The notes under the pieces are model-generated. The model made no database searches, had not been told where the DNA came from, and worked only from the letters and a program-made list of their open reading frames with translations. Shown here piece after piece: positions 47,002 to 55,800 of a DNA stretch of 64,000 nucleotides. The number at the start of each line of letters is the position of its first letter. Within the stretch, counting starts at the first letter, position 1. The position numbers were made by a program, and so were the translations under genes. Source of the DNA: Pseudomonadota bacterium (lineage in GTDB: Bacteria > Myxococcota > JACRCW01 > JAFGSX01); assembly GCA_043821645.1 (NCBI GenBank), contig JBDRCO010000043.1, positions 32,001 to 96,000 of the forward strand. Reading direction: 5' to 3'.

Positions 47002-47337
47002 GGAACCGCCCGGCGGGCGCACCGCCGCTCCACCCAGGGCCTGCTGCATGCCCTCCTTGCCCATGACCTGCTCCAGCAGCTGCAGCAGCTTCTTCAGGAG
47101 TTCCTGCAAGCCGTCCTCGCCGCCGCCCTGTGCACCCTGCGCGCCTCCGGCTCCCTGGCTTCCTTGAGCGCTACCTGCGCTCGCGGGAGAGCCTCAGCCA
47201 CCGCTCGCTTTCTTGGCGCTGAGCTGCTCTAGGATGTCCTTCACCTTCTTGACCATCTGCTCGGGTGCCATCTGCGACGGCTTGTGCTTGATGGCCCGCC
47301 GCGCAGCTCCTGCCCTTCCTCCCGCTCCGACTTTCAT
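46996..47337 (-). CDS. Candidate selenoprotein, 113 aa, Sec48 and Sec113
   Basis: GGAGGT RBS (alt ATG 47361 with GGAGG). Frame continues through TGA 47194-47196 with coding-like codons to TGA TAA; SECIS-like hairpin after each UGA. Confidence 0.7.
47157..47196 (-). other. SECIS-like hairpin 1 (after internal UGA)
   Basis: UGA GGC UCU CCC GCG AGC GCA GGU A: stem GAGCGC/GCGCUC, loop AGGUA with G23/U24, lower stems UCC/GGA and GGCU/AGCC. Confidence 0.7.
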
Positions 47338-47411
47338 CCCGCACCTCCCGGGCGCAGCCATCGCGCCCTCCGCCTTCGAAGGATATCGCGCACACACACC
47401 TTGAGGTTGCT

Positions 47412-47420
47412 AATATACCA
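47412..47420 (-). promoter_or_regulatory. Extended -10 element for candidate selenoprotein gene
   Basis: TGGTATATT on minus strand in AT-richer divergent intergenic region. Confidence 0.4.
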
Positions 47421-47490
47421 AGAGCCAGTGTCGGGTGTTGTCGCACCACGCGCCGCGAGCCAGGCGCTCGCACGCGCCAAGGGAGGGCCC

Positions 47491-47943
47491 ATGAGCCAGC
47501 GGACCGAAAGGGAGATCGCCTCCACCCGCCTGGAGGATCTGCTCAACCAGCGCGAGACCGAGGACAGCTACAGGTACCCTCGCCACGTCATCCGCGACTT
47601 CATCGCGATGTGCGTGTTCGATCTGGGACTGGAGGTCACACCCCCGCTGCAACAGCCCATGATGGACTTCTTCGAGGAGCTCGGCCTGCCGCCGGAGGCC
47701 AGTGCCACCGAGTACGATGCGCGCATCCGCGAGTACTTTGCACAGCACCCCGTGGATCCGCAGTTGACCCAGGAGCTGGGCAGCCTGGGCCGTGACGTGT
47801 TGCTGGGGCGCGTCGAGGGCTACCGGAGCACCATCGAGGAGATGCGCGCCCTCATCAGTATCGGTGCCCAGCTGGCTACGCGCGCGCCGGTCGACGAGAT
47901 TGCGCGGCCCGTGGCGAAACCCAAAAAGGGCCTCGACTCCTGA
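47491..47943 (+). CDS. Hypothetical acidic cytoplasmic protein (150 aa)
   Basis: GGGAGG RBS, ATG 47491, typical codon usage, no signal peptide. Confidence 0.7.
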   Translation: MSQRTEREIASTRLEDLLNQRETEDSYRYPRHVIRDFIAMCVFDLGLEVTPPLQQPMMDFFEELGLPPEASATEYDARIREYFAQHPVDPQLTQELGSLGRDVLLGRVEGYRSTIEEMRALISIGAQLATRAPVDEIARPVAKPKKGLDS

Positions 47944-48156
47944 AAAAAGCTGTCCTCGATAAAGCGGCCCCCATGTCCTGCACGGCCTGACTGCGCCCGG
48001 GCCCTAGGCTGGGCCGGACCTGACAGATCTGTCGTGATCTCGGATCGCTCCCTTCTTAATTAAATCATCTTAATATAATTATTTCATAAGGTTAGAGCAC
48101 TGGCCCGATTCCTGTTTAGCATCCTCCCAAGAACGCTTAAGCAGACCGGAGCTGAC

Positions 48157-48435
48157 ATGAAAGCCAAGTGTGCGATCCTGGGCCTGGTGCTTGCGCTGGG
48201 CTGCGCGCCGCGCCCCGACATCCCGACCCAGGACCTAGGCAAGGACTGCCACAGCGACAGCGACTGCGCCCAGGGCCAGAAGTGCACCTCGTACGCGCAT
48301 CCGAGCTGCGACAACCAGCAGTGTCAGAGCTGCGAGATCGCCTGCGACGCAGACAGCGACTGTCCCGAGGGCTTGCATTGCAACCTGCCACCCGTGTTGC
48401 CGGATTCGGTGGTGAACACCTGCATGCAGGATTGA
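48157..48435 (+). CDS. Small Cys-rich lipoprotein
   Basis: Lipobox LALGC; C.SDSDC..G..C repeated twice. Confidence 0.8.
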   Translation: MKAKCAILGLVLALGCAPRPDIPTQDLGKDCHSDSDCAQGQKCTSYAHPSCDNQQCQSCEIACDADSDCPEGLHCNLPPVLPDSVVNTCMQD

Positions 48436-48518
48436 AAAGGCAAGGCGCCGCGACGCCGCGCGAGGGTTCGCGCCTGCGTTTGGTGAATCATTCAATGACG
48501 CATGATGCTGGAGGAAAA

Positions 48519-50018
48519 ATGACTCGAAGCGAGAACATGGGTGGACTTGGGGGATTCTTCACACGCATCGCCGTCGGCTTGTGGCTGATCGGCGTGCTGG
48601 CGGCCTGCTCCGACATGAGCATGGGCGGCAGCTACCTGGGAGCGACTCCGGGCGGCGCCCAGGACATGAGCCAGGCGCGCGAGATCATCGCGCAGGGAGG
48701 GGTGCCTGGCCCCCAGCAATTCACCGCCGAAGGCCTTTTCAGCGAGCACGACCTGACCCTGGCCAACCAGCCCACCTGCGCACAGGTGCTGTGCCTGGGC
48801 AGCGCGGCCGGCCTCGAGGTCGGGCTCGACGACAACCAGCGCGACCTGTTCGTGCAGATAGGCATGTCCTCCAGCATTCGCGCCGATGCCTTCGAGCGCT
48901 TGCCGCTCAACCTGGGCATCGTCGTCGATACCTCGGGCTCCATGAGCAGCGTGCTACCGGAGCTCAGGCAGGCCCTGCACGCCATGGTCGACGTGCTGCG
49001 GCCCGACGACCGTGTGGCCCTGGTGGTGTTCGAGGCGACGGCGCGCGTGATCCAGGCCTCGACCCTGGGCACCGACGCGGCCGTGCTCCACGCCGCCGTG
49101 GACAGGCTGCAGACCGGCGGCTCGACCAACATGGAAGCCGGCATGCGCCTGGGCTATGCCCAGATCGACGACCACGTCGATGCCGAGCACCTGTCGCGGC
49201 TGATGGTCTTCACCGATGCGCAGACCAACACCGGCGTCACCGACGTCGGCAGCTTCGGCGCCATGACCCAGGCAGCTGCCGCGCGCGGCATCGGTTTCAC
49301 CTTCTTCGGCTTTGGCCAGAACTTCTCGAATGAATTCGTCGACCAGATCGCGCACCTGCGCGGCGGCAACTACCGCTTCGTGCGCGCCGAGGACGTGAAG
49401 CCCATCTTCGAGGACGAGTTCGACTACCTGGTCACGCCCATCGCCTACGACCTGCGCGTGGCCCTGACCGCGACCAGCGGCGTGCAGCGCCGCGCCATCT
49501 ACGGCGTGCCCCAGGTCGACAGCCACGTCGACGGCGAGCTGTTCGACGTCAGCACGGTGTTCCTGAGCAAGCGCAAGGGCGGCATCGTGCTGCGCTTCGA
49601 CGGTCGCGACCTCGAGGCCCTGCGCGACGGTGATCAGCTCAAGCTGGGCGAGGCCGTGATCACATACGACACCGTCGACGGTGTGCCCGTGGAGCAGCGC
49701 TTGGCCGTGACCATGCCGCTGATCGGCAGCGTGGAGCCCGACGCCAGCCACTACCCGGACGTGCACATCCAGCGCACCCTCGCCGTCACCGACCAGTACC
49801 TGGCCATGCAACGGGTGTGCTCGGACTACTGGGGTGAGGGCGCGGATGAGTGGTCCCAAGTACGCGCCACCGACTTCGACCTGGCCGATGCCACCGCTCG
49901 ACTGGACGCCGCCATCGCCAAGGTGCAGGCCTCTCACGCCGTGCTCGACGACCCCAACCTGCAGCGCGAGATCGATCTGCTGACCAAGCTCAAGCAGAAC
50001 GTCGCTGCCGGCGAATGA
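48519..50018 (+). CDS. vWA (YfbK-like) lipoprotein
   Basis: GGAGG RBS; lipobox LAAC; LNLGIVVDTSGSM, GGSTNMEAG, FTDAQTN. Confidence 0.85.
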   Translation: MTRSENMGGLGGFFTRIAVGLWLIGVLAACSDMSMGGSYLGATPGGAQDMSQAREIIAQGGVPGPQQFTAEGLFSEHDLTLANQPTCAQVLCLGSAAGLEVGLDDNQRDLFVQIGMSSSIRADAFERLPLNLGIVVDTSGSMSSVLPELRQALHAMVDVLRPDDRVALVVFEATARVIQASTLGTDAAVLHAAVDRLQTGGSTNMEAGMRLGYAQIDDHVDAEHLSRLMVFTDAQTNTGVTDVGSFGAMTQAAAARGIGFTFFGFGQNFSNEFVDQIAHLRGGNYRFVRAEDVKPIFEDEFDYLVTPIAYDLRVALTATSGVQRRAIYGVPQVDSHVDGELFDVSTVFLSKRKGGIVLRFDGRDLEALRDGDQLKLGEAVITYDTVDGVPVEQRLAVTMPLIGSVEPDASHYPDVHIQRTLAVTDQYLAMQRVCSDYWGEGADEWSQVRATDFDLADATARLDAAIAKVQASHAVLDDPNLQREIDLLTKLKQNVAAGE

Positions 50019-50029
50019 GGAGGCGTCCC

Positions 50030-50293
50030 ATGGTTCGCACGTGGATGGGGCTTCTGGTTGTGACAAGCATCCTGCTGGGCGGTGCCTGCATCCCGATCGG
50101 ACCCGACGGCCAGCGCGTCTGCGCCGACCCCGTGAGCTGCGCCGAGCTGGTGCGCCTGACCTGCGGCGACGACGATCGCTGCCACGACGAGGGCTCCTGC
50201 ACCGCAGCGCGCCACCTCGAACAGAACGCCGACGCCAGCGCCTGCCAGTCGGCCTGGTGCGACCTGGGCGAGAGCTACCGCGCCTGCCCGTGA
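50030..50293 (+). CDS. Small Cys-rich lipoprotein
   Basis: GAGGAGG RBS; lipobox GGAC; 8 further Cys. Confidence 0.7.
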   Translation: MVRTWMGLLVVTSILLGGACIPIGPDGQRVCADPVSCAELVRLTCGDDDRCHDEGSCTAARHLEQNADASACQSAWCDLGESYRACP

Positions 50294-50303
50294 GCGCTCG
50301 ACC

Positions 50304-51482
50304 TCACTGGGGGGTGATGGTCACCAGGTCAAAGAAGGCCGTGCCGATGTTGTCGAAGCAGCTGAGCCCAAGCTGACGCTCGAAGAACTCGAGGAACACG
50401 GTGGCGTGCGGGTGCTGGGCCTGCAAAGAGAACACCATCCATTGCCATCCACTGCCGGTCTGCAGCCACGGGCTCCACTGCACTCCCGGGTCCTGGGCAT
50501 TGGCGCCGCCCTGCAGGTCCACGCCCAGCCTGGCCTTGGACTGCAGCGTCGGGCAGGTGGAGCTGCGATAGATGTGCACGCCGAACAGGTAGCTTGTCCC
50601 GGGCTGCAGGCCCATGGCGACCTGGTAGAGGCCACCTGTGTGCGCGTCCTCGTCGCCCACGCTGAGCGCGCAGCCGTAAAACTGGTCCCCGTTGACGGGG
50701 AGCACATCCGCGTCGTTGCCCGGCGCATGAATCGAGGGGTCGCACTTCTCACCGTAAGGCGTCCACTGCACTGGCTCGCTGCGGTTTTCCTCGAAGCTGG
50801 GGTTGAGCAGGATCACCGGCGGCACGCTGGCGTCGACAGGCGGCGCGGCGTCGACGGGCGGCGCGGCGTCGACGGGGAGTGCGGCATCAAAGGGTGGCGC
50901 GGCGTCAAAGGGCGGTGACGCATCGACGGGTGGCGCGGCGTCGGAGGGCGGTGCGGCATCGACGGGTGGCGCGGCGTCAAAGGGCGGTGTGGCGTCGACG
51001 GGCGGCACCTGGTCCAGCGCACCCGCGTCATCAGGCGGCCCCAGATCACCCCCGGCGAGATCCACACCACCGGCATCGGACAGTACGTCGGAAGGCGCCC
51101 CGTCGAGGCCGCCGCTGGCATCCCCGGCGCCATCGGGCCAGGCTCCATCGACCACGAGCGTGCTGTCGGCAAGCTCGACGTCGGGTGGGGCGCTGGCGTC
51201 GGTGTGACCCCGGTCCTGGTCCAAGCGATCGGCGAGCGTGCGGTCCGTGGTGATGGAGTCCCGGGCACCACCGCCATCGAGGCCGACCGCGTCGAGCGAC
51301 TGCCCGTCGATGGAGCTGGCATCGGCGGCGGGGCGCGCACACTGTCCCTGGATGCACTGAAAGCCTGCCGGGCAATCCTGTGCGACGGTGCACTGGCCAT
51401 CGAGTGAGGACGGCGCACAGTGCAACAACAAGGTGAACCCGAGCAGCCACACCGCCCGCCTGGCGTGTGCCGGGAGACGCAT
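50304..51482 (-). CDS. Lipoprotein: Cys knot, DA-rich stalk, C-terminal CBM-like jelly-roll
   Basis: LLLHC lipobox, CTVAQDCPAGFQCIQGQC, (PPxDAA)n, LLNPSFEE..W, GGLYQV..GL.PG.SY. Confidence 0.7.
   Translation of the reverse strand: MRLPAHARRAVWLLGFTLLLHCAPSSLDGQCTVAQDCPAGFQCIQGQCARPAADASSIDGQSLDAVGLDGGGARDSITTDRTLADRLDQDRGHTDASAPPDVELADSTLVVDGAWPDGAGDASGGLDGAPSDVLSDAGGVDLAGGDLGPPDDAGALDQVPPVDATPPFDAAPPVDAAPPSDAAPPVDASPPFDAAPPFDAALPVDAAPPVDAAPPVDASVPPVILLNPSFEENRSEPVQWTPYGEKCDPSIHAPGNDADVLPVNGDQFYGCALSVGDEDAHTGGLYQVAMGLQPGTSYLFGVHIYRSSTCPTLQSKARLGVDLQGGANAQDPGVQWSPWLQTGSGWQWMVFSLQAQHPHATVFLEFFERQLGLSCFDNIGTAFFDLVTITPQ
50821..51010 (-). repeat. 18-bp coding tandem repeat (PP[V/F/S]DA[A/S/T])n, about 10 copies
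   Basis: Repeated ggcgtcgacgggcggcgc-like units. Confidence 0.85.
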
Positions 51483-51688
51483 CGCACGCACAGAGACGCC
51501 AGCGACCATCCGCCCTCGCAGCGCGGGTGATGAGTTCATGGCTGCACGGTCGCCAGCTCGCTGCTGAGCAGGCCAGCAGTGGAGCGAGAGAGCGGCAGAT
51601 ACCTCAGGGGGCTCATGGTGTGCCGGGTTTCACGGAGTGCGCTTTGGCCCCTGGTCCGGTGTGGTCGACGAACCGAGCGGCGCTCGAC

Positions 51689-52843
51689 TCAGTCGATGAG
51701 GGCCCTGGGCTTCCTCCACCAGTCACCGCCGAACAACTTGTCGCCTTTTTCCTCGATGGCCTTGCCGATGCGGTCCGGTGTCTTGGCCAGCTCCCTGAGC
51801 TTTGCCAGCTCGGGATGCTCGGGGCCCAGCTTGCCGCCAACCAGGGCGTTGGCCTGATCCCACTCCTTGACCGTGAGCTCCTTTCCCAGGTCCTTGCGAA
51901 GGTCACGTCCGAAGCGCTGCTGGTACTCCCTTGCCGTTCCATCGAAGCCCTCGGGCCCGACCCTGCTGAGCGCGTCGTACGCTCTCTCCTCGTCGGTGCC
52001 CAAGCCCTTCATCGCATCGTGCAACACCTCAGCAGGTGAGCCCTTGAGCTGAGGGCCCAGCTGGCCGCCCACCGAGGCGTTGGCCTTTTGCCAGTTGCCA
52101 GGGCTGAGCTTCTCCGCCACAGCGTACCGGAGCTCCCGTCCTGTCTCTTTCTTGTACTCCCTGGCGAGCCGCTCGAAATTCTCCGGCCCGGCCCTCTCCA
52201 GGATGTTCTGGATCACTTCTTCGCTTGGCCCCTCGTGCTTGCCTTCAACGGCAAGCTGCAGGGATCGAGCGTCCTGGTTCCACATGCTGTCCCGCAGCGC
52301 CTCGGACATCCGGGCCTGCGAGGCGCCGGAGGTCCCGGTCGCCGAGTTCTGCGCCGCGCCGACGCTCGCGGGTGCATCCGGTCCCGCCAACTCCTTGAGG
52401 AGCTTGTAGGCCCCAGGCTCGAGCTGCCCGCTGTCGAGTGCGCGCTGGGCGAGCTTGGCCTGCGCATCCACCGGTAAATCCTTCACGTCGCGCTGCAGTT
52501 GCTTCGCGGTGTCCAGGGTCACGCCTTCGTCGCGGTCGACCGCTGCCCGGAGGTTCGCCTCGGCTTTGCGGATCTGGCCCTCGGGAGCTGGCGACTTGTT
52601 CTGCAGCAGGCTCAGCACGCCTGTCTGCTTCTTGGCGACCTGGCCCGCTTGCTCGTTTCCGGTCGCAAAGTTGCTGGCGACCTGCGCGGTCTCGCCCAGG
52701 CCAGTCTTCTGCTTGAGCTGCTCGGGGCTCAGGCGCACCTGTCCCTGGTCGAGCGCAGCGGTCTGGGTGGGGTCGCGCAGGATCGGCGTGTCCTGGCTGC
52801 GAACCTGCGGTGTCGTGGTCTGGCCCGTCTTGCGAACGCCCAT
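51689..52843 (-). CDS. Annexin-repeat protein (one clear, one degenerate repeat)
   Basis: AEVLHDAMKGLGTDEERAYDAL...EYQQRFGRDLRKDLGKELT; no signal peptide. Confidence 0.8.
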   Translation of the reverse strand: MGVRKTGQTTTPQVRSQDTPILRDPTQTAALDQGQVRLSPEQLKQKTGLGETAQVASNFATGNEQAGQVAKKQTGVLSLLQNKSPAPEGQIRKAEANLRAAVDRDEGVTLDTAKQLQRDVKDLPVDAQAKLAQRALDSGQLEPGAYKLLKELAGPDAPASVGAAQNSATGTSGASQARMSEALRDSMWNQDARSLQLAVEGKHEGPSEEVIQNILERAGPENFERLAREYKKETGRELRYAVAEKLSPGNWQKANASVGGQLGPQLKGSPAEVLHDAMKGLGTDEERAYDALSRVGPEGFDGTAREYQQRFGRDLRKDLGKELTVKEWDQANALVGGKLGPEHPELAKLRELAKTPDRIGKAIEEKGDKLFGGDWWRKPRALID

Positions 52844-52882
52844 GATGTTCCCCTTGCCGTCCTGTCGACGGAGAATGCCTGC

Positions 52883-55800
52883 CTAGTCCTGTGCGAACAG
52901 CGCCTTGAGCGCCCTGTCCTCGTCGCCGAAGCTCAGCTCGCTGCGCAGGTCCTCGATCAGGTCGCGGTTGTAGGCCTGCTGGTAGGCCTGCAGGATCTCA
53001 CCGCGCTGCTGGCGGTTGCTGCCCTCGAGCAGCTTGAACAGCGTGTCCTCGTCGGTGCCGGGCTTGAAGCCGTAGTTGCCCTTCATCGCCTTGTACAGCA
53101 CCGAGGCGTCGGCGCTGGCGCGGTCGCCCTGCATCAGCGCCATGGCGCGCGCCTCGTCCTGGCCACTGAGCTCGCCCTTGAGATCGGTGGCGAGGTCGCG
53201 ACCGGTCAGGCGCATGTACTCCTGGGACACCGCGGGCATGGCGCCGGGCGGCACGCTCTCGAGGGCCTTGAACAGCCCCTCCTCGTCGGTGCCCATCTTG
53301 AGGCCGTCGTTGCCCTTCATCGCCTGGTTGAGCGCCATGGCGGCGGCACCGGCGTTGTTGCCCTGCAAGCCCTCGTTGGCGCGCTTGAGCTCGGCGCCGC
53401 TGAGCTCGCTGGTCAGGTCGTGCTGCAGGGGCTTGCCCGTGGCGTCCTGGTAGGCCTGCTGCACCGCGGCCAGGTGCTCGGGGCTCTTGCCCTCGAGGGT
53501 CTTGAAGATGGCGTCCTCGTCGGTGCCCAGCTTGACGCCATAATTTCCATCCATGGCCTTGCGCAGGGCCTCGACGTCGGCCTGCACGGCATCGCCGTTG
53601 AGCATGGCCAGGGCGCGCCGCTCGTCGGCGCCGCTGAGGTCGCCCTTGAGGTCGGCCTCGAGGTCGCGGCCGTACATGTCCTGGTAAGCCTGGCGAATGG
53701 CCTGGGCCTGCTCGGGGGTCTTGCCGTCGAGCGCCTTGAAGATGGCGTCCTCGTCGGTACCGAAACCGCGCACGGCCTTGCGCAGCGTGGCGGCCTCGGC
53801 GGCCGGGTCGAAGCGGGCCTGCTGCTCGTCGTCACCCTCGGCCTGCTGGGTGCTGTCCACCGGCTTGTCGACGGGGAGCTCGCCGGGTCGGGTCTGGGTC
53901 GGGGTCTGGCCGGGGGCCTCGTTGACGTAGGTCATCAGCGCCTGGAAGGCCTCGGGGGTGAGCCCGCCCTCCTGCACGGCCGCCTGGTAGGCCTCGGCCT
54001 TGAGCGCCTGCTGCATCTCCGGCGGGAGCTGACGCGCGATGCTGATCAGCTGCTGCATCTCGCCCAGGGCGATCATCTCGCCGCCCTCGCTGTTCGGGTC
54101 CTCGAAGGCCTGGATGGCGCCCTGCAGGTTCATCATCACCTGCTCGACGTCCTGCTGCGCCTGCTCGCCGATGGGCGAGGGGGGGAGCTGCGCACCGGGC
54201 TGGCCCTGCGCGATGGCGGCCTGCTGCTGCGCCATCTGCTGCATGTACTGCATCATCTCGGGCGACATCTGCGACGCGGCCGGGTTGCTCTGGGCCGCGG
54301 GGTTGTAGCCAGGCGTGGCGGAGGGGCTCTGCTGCCCTGGGCCCTGCGGCGCCGCGCCCTGGCCTCCGGCCAGCGCGTTCATCTGCTGCAGGATCTCCTG
54401 CTCCTGGTTCGCGGCGTACTTCATCTGCATCAGGAACATCTGGTCTTCGAACGAGAGCGGCGGCTTCATGCCCATCTGCTGGGCCAGCATGGCGCTCTCG
54501 GGGTCCAGCTGCGACGGCACCTGGCCGTTCATCTGCGCGGCCATGTCCTGCTGCGCCTGCATCATCTGCTGGATGGCCTGTTGCTCGGCCAGGGGCTGGG
54601 CGGGCGCGCCCTGGGCCTGCGCCATGAGCTCGCCGATGGCCTGCTGCAGCTCGGGACTGCGCGCATCGACGGGCACGTTGCCCCAGTCGAAGTTGGGATC
54701 CAGGCCCTGGCTCTGACTCGGCTCCACCGAGGGCTTGGTGCTGGGCTTGTCCACCGGCGCGCTGTCCTGGGCCACGGGCGCGCCTGGCTTGGGCACGGCA
54801 GGCGGTAAAGCGTCGGGCTTGACGCCGAGGAACGCCGACAGGGTCGCGTGGGCCTCTGGCCGGAGCGCGATGCCGTTGTTCTGCAGCGCGTAAAGGAAGT
54901 TGTCCTTGAGCGCGGCCTGCTCCTTGGCCGGGACGCTCTTCAGGTTGTCGACGATCTCGCGCGCCTCCTTGCCGGTGATGGCCTTGCCACCCTCGCTCGA
55001 AGGATCGAGCACGCGCTGCGCGAGGCTCAGGAAACGATCGTTGGCACCCACTGCATCGGCTTGCTGCTGCAGCTCGGCGAGCGCGGCCTTGGGATCGACG
55101 GGTGGCTCCGAGGGCTTGGTGCTGGGTTTGTCGACGGGCAGCGCACCCTTCGTGGCCGGGGCCGCATCGGGAGCACCCAGGCCGTCCATCATCTTCTGCC
55201 AGCTGTCGTCGGAGATGCTGGCGCCCTCGCCCTTGGGCGCCTTCTTCATGAAGTCGTCGTAGACCTGCCACTTGGCCTGGGCCTCGGGCGACAACTTGTC
55301 CATGTTGCGGCCGACGAAGCGCTTGAGGTCCTTGTGGCAGTTGCGCGCCAGCGCGGGATCGGTGTCGCCCTCCACGTCGGTGATGGCCTGGTGCATGGCC
55401 TCGCCGGAGATGGGCTTCTTGTGCTCGCGCAGGTTCTCGACGGCAGCACCCGCGGTCTCGTCCAGGTAGCCGGCCTTGCCCATGTCGGCGACCATCTTGT
55501 CGTAGCGATCGGTGGGGATGCCGGTCAGGCCTTCCTTGTGCGCCTTCTTGGCGGCGTTGGAGTAGACCCTGAAGGTGGCCTTGGCGTCGGGCGACAGCTT
55601 GTCCCAGTTGTTCTTGGCAAAGCCCGCCAGCTGCTGGTACTCGGTGCTCGCCGCCGCGTTGTCGAGGTCCTTGGACCCGTCGACGATGCAGGTCTTCATG
55701 GCCTCGCCGCTGATGGGCTGCGGCGTCTTCTTGAGCTGGTCTATGGCGGCAGTCATGCTGGCGTCGACGACGGGCGACGAGGGCTTGTCGACCGGAAGGT

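Noticed and set aside
47194-47397. 67-aa ORF as called by the track, and the 46939-47232 plus-strand ORF
   Set aside because: Better explained as the 5' half and the antisense shadow of the UGA-readthrough gene
51650-51691. SECIS after other TGA stops (checked annexin gene 51689 and dctQM 18065)
   Set aside because: No GGU loop at nt 22-24 in these two; other TGA stops were not checked systematically
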